From Dokdonella sp. (GTDB lineage: Bacteria; Pseudomonadota; Gammaproteobacteria; Xanthomonadales; Rhodanobacteraceae): a DNA stretch of 36,463 nucleotides. Both the position numbers and the translations under genes were made by a program. Under the pieces are notes generated by a model. The model saw only the letters and a program-made list of their open reading frames with translations, was not told the DNA's origin and searched no databases. How positions within the stretch are numbered: position 1 is the stretch's first letter; each line of letters opens with the position of its first letter. Where the stretch lies: the NCBI GenBank assembly GCA_035760865.1, contig DASTSE010000378.1:1-36463 (forward strand), read 5' to 3'. Positions 1-7,569 of this stretch are shown piece after piece.

Positions 1-13
1 CACGTGTCGCTTC

Positions 14-92
14 TGTAACGTTACATGTCCCCAATTATGTCCCCGACGCAAAGAAAAAGGGCCTAGCATTTCTGCTAAGCCCTTGATCTTAT
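14..92. mobile_element. Putative att junction of an integrative element at the tRNA-Gln 3' end (any element would extend left, out of the window)
   Basis: AT-richer segment next to the tRNA CCA end. It has direct repeats ATGTCCCC at 25-32 and 37-44 (arm-site-like), the perfect palindrome TGTAACGTTACA at 14-25, and an IHF-like GATCAAGGGCTTA on the minus strand at 76-88. No integrase is in the window. Confidence 0.5.
50..84 (-). terminator. Rho-independent terminator downstream of tRNA-Gln
   Basis: Minus strand reads AAGGGCTTAGCA-GAAA-TGCTAGGCCCTT followed by TTTCTTT. Confidence 0.75.
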
Positions 93-166
93 TGGCTGGG
101 GGACTAGGATTCGAACCTAGATAAACGGAGTCAGAGTCCGTTGTCCTACCGTTAGACGATCCCCCA
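93..166 (-). tRNA. tRNA-Gln (anticodon CTG)
   Basis: Reverse complement is TGGGGGATCGTCTAACGGTAGGACAACGGACTCTGACTCCGTTTATCTAGGTTCGAATCCTAGTCCCCCAGCCA: cloverleaf, GTTCGAATC T-loop, CTG anticodon, encoded CCA. Confidence 0.97.
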
Positions 167-273
167 ATGAGGGCGGGATGTTGCGGGAACCGCGGCGTCG
201 CCGTCTGAACCGGTTCCCATCCCCGGGCCCGCAGGCCCGTCGCTGCCGCCATCGGCGGCAGCGGTGCGATCGA

Positions 274-666
274 TCAGCGCTTGGAGTACTGCGTCGCGCG
301 GCGGGCCTTGTGCAGGCCGACTTTCTTGCGCTCGACTTCGCGCGCGTCGCGGGTCATGAACCCGGCCTTGCGCAGCGGCGACTTCAGCGTCTCGTCGTAC
401 TCGACCAGCGCGCGCGCGATGCCGAGGCGGATCGCACCGGCCTGGCCGGTCATGCCGCCGCCTTCGACGGTGACGAGCACGTCGAACTTGTCCTGGTTCT
501 GGGTCAGCTCGAGCGGCTGGCGCACGATCATGCGCGAGGTCTCGCGACCGAAGAACTCGTCGAGCGCCTTGCCGTTGACCGTGATCGCGCCGCTGCCCTT
601 GCGCAGGAACACGCGCGCTGCGGAGGACTTGCGACGGCCGGTGCCGTAGTTCTGCTGGATCGCCAT
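274..666 (-). CDS. rpsI: 30S ribosomal protein S9
   Basis: [21 protein letters not shown]...[24 protein letters not shown]. True start is the ATG at 666. Confidence 0.98.
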   Translation of the reverse strand: MAIQQNYGTGRRKSSAARVFLRKGSGAITVNGKALDEFFGRETSRMIVRQPLELTQNQDKFDVLVTVEGGGMTGQAGAIRLGIARALVEYDETLKSPLRKAGFMTRDAREVERKKVGLHKARRATQYSKR

Positions 667-736
667 AGTTCGTATTTCGCTGCTGATATTGAAAAGTCCG
701 CGCCGGAATGCGCGGGCTCTTGCGAGGGAATCGCGT

Positions 737-1171
737 TTAGGCCTTGACCTCGAGCACCTGCGGCTGCTGCGCCGTGTGCGGGTGGTTCGGGCCGGCATAG
801 ACCTTGAGCTTGCGGTACATCGCGCGGCCGAGCGGGTTCTTCGGCAGCATGCCCTTGACGCCGATCTCGATCACGCGCTCGGGATGACGCGCGAGCATGT
901 CCTTCAGCGACGTCGTCTTGAGGTTGCCGATATGGCCGGTGAAGCGATGGTAGTTCTTGTCTTCCATCTTCTTGCCGGTGACGGCGATCTTCTCCGCATT
1001 GATGACGACGAGGTAGTCGCCGGTATCGACGTGCGGGGTGTAGATGGTCTTGTGCTTGCCGCGCAGGCGATGCGCGAGTTCCGTGCACAGGCGGCCGAGG
1101 GTCTTGCCGGCGGCGTCGACCACGTACCAGTCGCGTTTGACGGTTTCAGCCTTGGCGCTGATCGTTTTCAT
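737..1171 (-). CDS. rplM: 50S ribosomal protein L13
   Basis: [28 protein letters not shown]...[15 protein letters not shown]...[10 protein letters not shown]. This is the C-terminal part of track ORF 737..2746. Confidence 0.98.
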   Translation of the reverse strand: MKTISAKAETVKRDWYVVDAAGKTLGRLCTELAHRLRGKHKTIYTPHVDTGDYLVVINAEKIAVTGKKMEDKNYHRFTGHIGNLKTTSLKDMLARHPERVIEIGVKGMLPKNPLGRAMYRKLKVYAGPNHPHTAQQPQVLEVKA

Positions 1172-1228
1172 ATCGGTAAGACTCTGGCTGGGCCCTTGAA
1201 ACCGGGCCGTCGTAAATGAGGGCGCGGG

Positions 1229-1257
1229 AGGATAGCGGAAGTGCTGTCGGCCCGCAA
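1229..1257 (-). promoter_or_regulatory. sigma70-type promoter of rplM-rpsI
   Basis: Minus strand TTGCGG-N17-TATCCT, about 60 nt upstream of rplM. Confidence 0.55.
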
Positions 1258-1294
1258 GCCGGCAAGCCCTCCAGCGCAAGCGGCGGATGATAGC

Positions 1295-2524
1295 ATGAAC
1301 CGCATGTCCGTACCCGCATCCGGCGACCCACGCGCCGCACCCGGCGTGGCGGCGCTGGCCGACCAGTGCGTGATGTGCGGCCTGTGCCTGCCCCACTGCC
1401 CCACCTACCGCCTCGAGCGGACCGAGGCCGAGTCGCCGCGCGGGCGCATCGCGCTCGCGCGCGCGCTGGCCGAGGGGCGGCTCGCCCCGGATGCGGCCGC
1501 GGTCGCCCACCTCGACCACTGCCTCGGCTGCCTTTCGTGCCAGAAAGTCTGCCCGTCGCACGTGCGCTACGACGACCTGCTCGTGCAGACCCGCGCCGCG
1601 CTCCTGGCGGCCAGGCCGCCCGGGCTCCTGCGCCGCTGGCTGCATGCGCCGCGCACGCTGCGCACTCTGGCGCGCCTCGGCGCTGGGGTCCGTGCGTCGC
1701 ACTGGCTGCCGCCGCTCGCGCGCTGGCTGCCGCACGGTTCGCGCTGGCGGCGTGTCGGCGAGATGCTGCCCGCTGCACCGCCGCCGCTGCGCATCGCGGC
1801 GCGACGCCCGGCACCGCCGACCGGCCGCACGATCGCGTTGTTCCGCGGCTGCGTCGGCAGCGTCTACGAGGCCGACACGCTCGCGGCCGCGCGCATCCTG
1901 CTCGAAGCCGCCGGGCACCGCGTCACCGAGGTCGACGGTTACTGCTGCGGCGCGCTGCCGCGCCATGGCGGCTTCGTCGATGCCGCGTCGCGCGAGGCCA
2001 CGGCCGCGCGCGATGCGCTGCTGCGTACGCACGCGGACGTCGTGCTCGGCTGCAGCAGCGGTTGCCACGCCGACCTGCGCGACGAGGTCGCTGCAGGTAC
2101 CGCGCTCGATGTGCGCGACGTCCATGCGTTCCTCGCGGCCGACGCAGGCTTCGCCCGGCTGGCCTTCCGGCCGCTCGCGCTGCGCGCCGCGCTGCACCTG
2201 CCGTGCACGCAGGTCAACGTCGTCGGCGAGGTCGCTTCGATTCGCGCCCTGCTCGCACGCGTACCGCAGCTCGTCGTGATCGAGCTGCCCGAGCAACCAC
2301 GCTGCTGCGGCGCCGCCGGCAGCTATTTCCTCGAGCAGCCGTCGTTCGCCGACCGCCTGCAGGCGGAGAAACTCGCGCAGGCCGCGGCGCTCGCGCCCGA
2401 CCTGCTGCTGACGACGAACATCGGCTGCCGCATCCACCTCGGCAATGGCCTTCGCGCGCGCGACAGCGCGCTGCCGCTGCGACACCCGCTTGCGCTGCTC
2501 GCCGGGCAACTCGCCGGCGCATGA
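1295..2524 (+). CDS. GlcF-like Fe-S oxidoreductase (2x[4Fe-4S] plus two CCG domains)
   Basis: [14 protein letters not shown]...ESPRGRI and [13 protein letters not shown] ferredoxin motifs; YCCGA and RCCGAAG CCG motifs; [10 protein letters not shown]. Start at 1295 or 1304. Confidence 0.85.
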   Translation: MNRMSVPASGDPRAAPGVAALADQCVMCGLCLPHCPTYRLERTEAESPRGRIALARALAEGRLAPDAAAVAHLDHCLGCLSCQKVCPSHVRYDDLLVQTRAALLAARPPGLLRRWLHAPRTLRTLARLGAGVRASHWLPPLARWLPHGSRWRRVGEMLPAAPPPLRIAARRPAPPTGRTIALFRGCVGSVYEADTLAAARILLEAAGHRVTEVDGYCCGALPRHGGFVDAASREATAARDALLRTHADVVLGCSSGCHADLRDEVAAGTALDVRDVHAFLAADAGFARLAFRPLALRAALHLPCTQVNVVGEVASIRALLARVPQLVVIELPEQPRCCGAAGSYFLEQPSFADRLQAEKLAQAAALAPDLLLTTNIGCRIHLGNGLRARDSALPLRHPLALLAGQLAGA

Positions 2525-2570
2525 CGCGGCCGCGATGGCGCGTGCCGGCGTTTCGCCCGACAATGGCGCC

Positions 2571-3215
2571 ATGACCGAACGCTCGCTGTCGCCATTGGAT
2601 CGCCTGCTGGTCGAGATCGGCCGCGCGCTCGAAACCGTGAGCGTGCCGAAGCCGGCCGCCTCCGAGCCTTCGCCCGCGGGCGACCTCGCCGACGCCGCGC
2701 TCGACGAGCCTGCGCGCCGCCATGCGGCGGGCCTCATGCGCGTCAACCACGTCGGCGAAGTCTGCGCACAGGCGCTCTACTTCGGCCAGGCCGCGGTCGC
2801 GCGAGAAGCGACGCTGCGGCGGCAGATGCTCGCGGCCGCAGCCGAGGAAACCGACCATCTCGCCTGGTGCGGCGAGCGCCTCGAAGAGCTCGGCAGCCGG
2901 CCGAGCCTGCTCAATCCGCTCTGGTATGCGGGCGCCTGGGCAATCGGCGCGGGCGCGGGCCTCGTCGGCGATCGCGTCAGCCTCGGTTTCGTCGTCGAAA
3001 CCGAGCGCCAGGTCGAAGCGCACCTCGGCGAACACCTGACGACGTTGCCCGCGGGCGACGAACGCAGCCGCGCGATCGTGCGCCGCATGAAGGACGACGA
3101 GGCGCGCCACGCGGAGCACGCAATCGCCGCAGGCGCGATCACGCTGCCCGCGCCGATCCCGGGGCTGATGCGATTCGCCTCGAACGTGATGAAGGCGGTC
3201 GCGTACCGCTGGTGA
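2571..3215 (+). CDS. coq7: Demethoxyubiquinone hydroxylase (di-iron Coq7)
   Basis: [52 protein letters not shown]. Confidence 0.95.
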   Translation: MTERSLSPLDRLLVEIGRALETVSVPKPAASEPSPAGDLADAALDEPARRHAAGLMRVNHVGEVCAQALYFGQAAVAREATLRRQMLAAAAEETDHLAWCGERLEELGSRPSLLNPLWYAGAWAIGAGAGLVGDRVSLGFVVETERQVEAHLGEHLTTLPAGDERSRAIVRRMKDDEARHAEHAIAAGAITLPAPIPGLMRFASNVMKAVAYRW

Positions 3216-3219
3216 GGCC

Positions 3220-3350
3220 AGGAATCGGGAATTGGAGGCCAGGGAATCGTCAGAAGCCGAAGCGGCGGCTGGGTCCGAGGCGGCGGGTCGAGGCAGGCGG
3301 GATCCGCCTATTTCGCGAATCCCGATTCCCGATTCCCCAATTCCGGCTTC
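3220..3350. repeat. Heptamer-based (GGGAATC/GATTCCC) palindromic intergenic repeat element
   Basis: Left arm GGAATC-GGGAATT...GGGAATC; right arm GAATCCC-GATTCCC-GATTCCC-CAATTCC-GGCTTC; internal hairpin AGGCGG-GAT-CCGCCT. Lies between convergent coq7 and speD. Confidence 0.75.
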
Positions 3351-4134
3351 ACATCAGGTTGCGCCCGTGGAACAGTTCCTCGATCTCGCGCTTGAGCAGT
3401 TGCTCGATGCGCTGGCGCTCCTTGAACGAGAGATCGTCTGCGGTCGCCTCGAACAGGTAGGTGTCGAGGTCGAAGTCCTTGACGTGCATCTTCGTGTGGA
3501 AGATGTTTTCCTGGTACACGTTGACGTCGAACATCTCGTACTTCTGGCGGATGTGCTTGGCCAGGTAGTCCTGGATCGAGTTGATCTTGTGGTCGATGTA
3601 GTGCTTGCGGCCCTTCACGTCGCGCGTGAAGCCGCGCACGCGGTAGTCCATCGTGACGATGTCGGACTCGAAGCTGTCGATGAGGTAGTTCAACGCGCGC
3701 AGCGGCGAGATGACGCCGCAGGTCGCGACGTCGATGTCGGCGCGGAACGTCGCGATGCCGTTGTGCGGGTGCGTTTCCGGGTAGGTGTGCACCGTGATGT
3801 GGCTCTTGTCGAGGTGCGCGACCACGGCGTCGGAGATGACGTCCTTGCCGAGCTTGTCGACCACCGGGTGCTCGGAGATCAGGATCGTCACCGACGCACC
3901 CTGCGGGTCGTAATCCTGGCGCGCGATGTTGAGGATGTTCGCGCCGATGATCTCCGCGACGTCCGTGAGGATCTGCGTGAGGCGATCGGAGTCGTACTGC
4001 TCGTCGATGTACTCGATGTAGCGCCGGCGCTGTTCTTCCGACACCGCATAGCAGATGTCGTAGATGTTGAAGCTGAGCGCCTTGGTCAGGTTGTTGAAAC
4101 CCTGCAGCTGCAGGCGCGGGATCGGTTTGACCAC
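3349..4134 (-). CDS. speD: S-adenosylmethionine decarboxylase proenzyme (E. coli type)
   Basis: [21 protein letters not shown]; [14 protein letters not shown] autocleavage motif; [13 protein letters not shown]. Confidence 0.96.
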   Translation of the reverse strand: MVKPIPRLQLQGFNNLTKALSFNIYDICYAVSEEQRRRYIEYIDEQYDSDRLTQILTDVAEIIGANILNIARQDYDPQGASVTILISEHPVVDKLGKDVISDAVVAHLDKSHITVHTYPETHPHNGIATFRADIDVATCGVISPLRALNYLIDSFESDIVTMDYRVRGFTRDVKGRKHYIDHKINSIQDYLAKHIRQKYEMFDVNVYQENIFHTKMHVKDFDLDTYLFEATADDLSFKERQRIEQLLKREIEELFHGRNLM

Positions 4135-4209
4135 GGCGGACTACCTCGAAACGGCGAAAACGAACGAAGGGGCCGCCGCGGAGTCCGCGGCGCCCCGCCA
4201 AGGGGGCGG

Positions 4210-4238
4210 ATTATGGGCCAAGCGTCAGCACGATGAAA
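4210..4238 (-). promoter_or_regulatory. Possible sigma70 promoter of speD
   Basis: Minus strand TTTCAT-N17-CATAAT. Confidence 0.35.
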
Positions 4239-4426
4239 CCGGATTCGCGCCGCGGTCCAGCGGCGATTCCACCCGGCGAATCCTCCTCATGTCGCCACGC
4301 GCGAGACAATTTGCAATAAGATGAATCATCCGGCCCCCGGCGGGCTCGCAAACGCATGGAACCTCCGTGCGTTCCGCCATGGCCAGCACGACCGCCGCGG
4401 GCCCCATCCGCGCGGGAGGGGACCTA

Positions 4427-5140
4427 ATGGAAGCGCCTGGCAAGATCGCTGATTTTCGTTACACCCTGCAGCGCGAGGTCAATCGCGTGCAGGCCCCGCC
4501 CATGCTCACGCCCGACCGCGCCGCGATGGAGCGGTTCCTCGGCGCCTGCCATCGCCGCCGCTACGCGAGCAAGACCGCGATCATCCGCCCCGGCGACTCG
4601 GCCAACATCCTCTACTACGTGATCGACGGCTCGCTGACCGTCTCGTCGGAGGACGAGGAAGGCCGCGAACTCATCCTCGCCTATCTCAACCGCGGCGAGT
4701 TCATCGGCGAGATGGGGCTGTTCGTCGAGACGCCGAGGCGCGAGGTCATGGTGCGCACGCGTACGCCGTGCGAACTCGCCGAGATCGGCTATGAGCGCAT
4801 GTTCAACCTGTTCGAGGGCCCGCTGCGCGACGAGTGCCCGAAGATCCTGTTCGCGATCGGCTCGCAGTTGACCAACCGCCTGCTGCACACCTCGCGCAAG
4901 GTGAGCCGGCTCGCGTTCATGGACGTCACCGGTCGCGTCGCCAAGACGCTGCTCGACCTCATCGACGAGCCCGACGCGATGACCCATCCGAAGGGCAAGC
5001 AGATCCGCATCTCGCGCCAGGAGATCAGCCGCATCGTCGGCTGTTCGCGCGAGATGGTCGGGCGCGTGCTCAAGCAGCTCGAGGAGCAGGGGATGATCGA
5101 GGTGTCGGGCAAGACGATCGTCGTCGTCGGTACGCACTGA
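4427..5140 (+). CDS. clp: CRP-like global regulator Clp
   Basis: cNMP domain (GEFIGEMGLF...REV) and HTH (SRQEISRIVGCSREMVGRVLK); RBS GGAGGGG before ATG 4427; divergent from speD as in Xanthomonadales. Confidence 0.92.
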   Translation: MEAPGKIADFRYTLQREVNRVQAPPMLTPDRAAMERFLGACHRRRYASKTAIIRPGDSANILYYVIDGSLTVSSEDEEGRELILAYLNRGEFIGEMGLFVETPRREVMVRTRTPCELAEIGYERMFNLFEGPLRDECPKILFAIGSQLTNRLLHTSRKVSRLAFMDVTGRVAKTLLDLIDEPDAMTHPKGKQIRISRQEISRIVGCSREMVGRVLKQLEEQGMIEVSGKTIVVVGTH

Positions 5141-5236
5141 GGCGGCGTGGCTTCGGCAGGTACGCCTGCCGAATGGCGAGCGCCCTGGGCGAAAACACCG
5201 ACGCCGCGCGCGCGTGCGGCCGCGTATGATGCGCGC

Positions 5237-6682
5237 ATGCACATGAAGCCTCGTATCCTGTCGCTGCTGCTCGGCGCGACGTCGTCCGCCGGCGGCGCCG
5301 GCGCGGTCGAGATCATCGACGTCAACGGCCATGCCGTCGCCGTCGATGCGCAGACCCAGGTCATGATCGACGACGTACCGCTGTCCCCGGGAAGCGCACT
5401 GCCCGACAAGCCCGGCGTGCGGGTCGAGGCGCGTTACGCCACGGGCGCCGCACCGCTCGGCGTGCCCGCAGCGGCGGCCGTCGTGTTTTCCTACGCCGTG
5501 CGTGGTCCCGTTACGTCGATCGTCCCGCTGCGCGTGCTCGGCCAGGAGGTCACGGTGACGGCCGACACGCAACTCACCGGCGTGCCCGGCGGTGCGATCG
5601 GCAATGTCGCGCTCGGCGACCATCTCGACGTCAGCGGCTACGTCGATGGCAACGCGAGCCTGCTTGCATCGTTCATCGAGTATCTGCCCGCGCCCACGAC
5701 CCGCTGGCTCCTGTCGGGGTACGTGAGCGCCGTGAATGGCGATGAGGCATCGATCGGCCCGCAGCGCGTGAGTCTCGCGGGCGTCTCGCCGATCGACTGC
5801 GGCAGCGGCGTCGCAGCCGGCCAGTACGTCGAGATCCGCGCCGACGCGATCGCGGGCTTCGACGCCACGAGCGTGCTCGACAGCGTGACGCGACTCAGCT
5901 GCGTCACGCCGATGCCGGTCGGCACGCCGGGTGCTCTCGGCGCGCTCACGGGAATCGTCGGCGTCGTCGGCGGCAACAGCTTCACGTTCGGGCCGTACAC
6001 GGTCGGCTACGACGCGAGCACCGAGTTCCGCTACGGCAGCGCGGACGATCTCGTCGAAGGCGCCGCACTGGAAGTCGATGGCGTGTTCGGCGACGGCGGC
6101 ACGTTCGCCGCGCAGGGGATCCAGTTCGACGCGCCGATGATACGGCTCGAGGGCCCGGTCGATCCCGGCGACGTGCAGGCCGGCGCCGACGGCACGGTCA
6201 CGCTGCTCGGCAACTCCGTGCATCGCGCGGCGCAGCTGCGCGACGAGGACGCGATCTACGCGAACGGCATCGCGCAGCCGCAGCAGGTCGAACTGCGCGG
6301 CTACCTCGATCGCCTCGGCCAGCGCTGGGCGACGCGTGCACGCGTGCGCGGCGCACCAGACCCTGCCGACGCGCGCGCAGGTGGGCCGGTCGAGAGCGTC
6401 GCCCGACCGCTGCTGACCGTGCTCGGCCTTTCGCTCGACACCACCGGCGCGACCTTCGAAGATCCTGCCGGCAACGCAATCGATGCCGACGCGTTTTTCG
6501 CCGGCGCGGTTCCCGGGGCACTGGTCGAGCAGACCGGCGCGTGGAACGGCGCCGACGTGCTCGGCGGTGGCGTGGTCGCGCTGGTCGCGCCGCTCGACCC
6601 GCCTCCGGCCGATGCGCCGCGCATGCTCATCGTCGGCACGCTGCGCGGCGGCGACGCCCTTTTCGCGAACGGATTCGACTGA
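5237..6682 (+). CDS. Exported protein with repeated DUF5666-like beta domains and a C-terminal DALFANGFD motif
   Basis: Signal-peptide-like N-terminus; repeated units such as VRGPVTSIVPLRVLGQEVTVTADTQL...LGDHLDVSG and LTGIVG...VGYDASTEF...LVEGAALEVDG. Start at 5237 or 5243. Confidence 0.7.
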   Translation: MHMKPRILSLLLGATSSAGGAGAVEIIDVNGHAVAVDAQTQVMIDDVPLSPGSALPDKPGVRVEARYATGAAPLGVPAAAAVVFSYAVRGPVTSIVPLRVLGQEVTVTADTQLTGVPGGAIGNVALGDHLDVSGYVDGNASLLASFIEYLPAPTTRWLLSGYVSAVNGDEASIGPQRVSLAGVSPIDCGSGVAAGQYVEIRADAIAGFDATSVLDSVTRLSCVTPMPVGTPGALGALTGIVGVVGGNSFTFGPYTVGYDASTEFRYGSADDLVEGAALEVDGVFGDGGTFAAQGIQFDAPMIRLEGPVDPGDVQAGADGTVTLLGNSVHRAAQLRDEDAIYANGIAQPQQVELRGYLDRLGQRWATRARVRGAPDPADARAGGPVESVARPLLTVLGLSLDTTGATFEDPAGNAIDADAFFAGAVPGALVEQTGAWNGADVLGGGVVALVAPLDPPPADAPRMLIVGTLRGGDALFANGFD

Positions 6683-6745
6683 ACGCCGGTGGCCGCGCGT
6701 ACAGCCGGCACGTGCGAGACTGCCGCGCACGACCGCCCGCCGGAC

Positions 6746-7402
6746 ATGAGCCCGATGAGCCGCCACCTTCCCGCACGCCGCGTCGACGCGGCGAACGACA
6801 GCCTCGGCGAGCGCCTCACGCGCGCGGTACTCGACATCGCAGGCTACGTCCCCGACACCGAGGAGCACGCGAGCCGCACGCCCGACGATCGCGCTCGCGC
6901 GATCGCCTCGGCCGCGGCGAGCAAGGCGGCACTCGCCGCCGGTTCGCTCGCGCTGCCACCCGGCCCGCTCGGCTGGCTCACCCTCGTACCGGAACTCGTC
7001 GCCATCTGGCGCATCCAGCGCCAGATGGTCGCCGATATCGCCGGCGTCTACGGCGTCGGCGCCAGCCTCACGCGTTCGCACATGCTGTACTGCCTGTTCC
7101 GCCATGCGGCCGCGCAGGCCCTGCGCGACGTCGGCGTCCAGGTCGGCGCGCGCCTGCTGATCCAGGACCTGCCCTTGCGCCTGGTCGAGAAGATCGCCGC
7201 GAAGATCGGCCTCAGCCTGTCGAAGCGATTGGTCGGTCGCGGCATCACGCGCTGGCTGCCCGTGGTTGGCGCGCTCGGCGTGGGTGCATATGCCTATTAC
7301 GACACCGGTCAGGTGGCGCGCACCGCGATCGCGCTGTTCTCGGGCGAAGCGCCGACGGCGCCGCGCCGCGCGCGGCATCTGCGCCCGATGTCGGCGGGCT
7401 GA
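6746..7402 (+). CDS. EcsC-family protein
   Basis: ALAAGSLALPPGPLGWLTLVPEL...QMVADIAGVYG...RWLPVVGALGVGAYAYYDT pattern. Confidence 0.65.
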   Translation: MSPMSRHLPARRVDAANDSLGERLTRAVLDIAGYVPDTEEHASRTPDDRARAIASAAASKAALAAGSLALPPGPLGWLTLVPELVAIWRIQRQMVADIAGVYGVGASLTRSHMLYCLFRHAAAQALRDVGVQVGARLLIQDLPLRLVEKIAAKIGLSLSKRLVGRGITRWLPVVGALGVGAYAYYDTGQVARTAIALFSGEAPTAPRRARHLRPMSAG

Positions 7403-7444
7403 GCCGCGCGGACGCCGGGGCCTTCGCCGCTCGGAGTCGCACCC

Positions 7445-7466
7445 GACGGTGACTTGGATCACACTT
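7445..7466 (+). promoter_or_regulatory. CRP/Clp-type binding site upstream of gspA
   Basis: gacGGTGActtggaTCACActt matches 9/10 of the TGTGA-N6-TCACA core (7448-7463); intergenic, about 105 nt upstream of the gspA ATG. Confidence 0.6.
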
Positions 7467-7569
7467 TGCCGCGTCCTCGGCGCGCTCCACCCGCCCTTTC
7501 GCGCCGGCCAAGGTGCGGTGCAGCATGATTCCGGGCGTCGGCCCGCCCCTGTCGGTTAAAGTAGTCGCC

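Noticed and set aside
737-2746. 669-aa ORF apparently extending L13 at the N-terminus
   Set aside because: The extension is the antisense shadow of the GlcF-like gene. rplM has its own ATG at 1171 and a promoter at 1229-1257.
4424-7462. 1012-aa minus-strand ORF
   Set aside because: Antisense shadow of clp, the DUF5666-like gene and the EcsC-like gene; Arg/Ala-rich with no motifs, typical of high-GC DNA.
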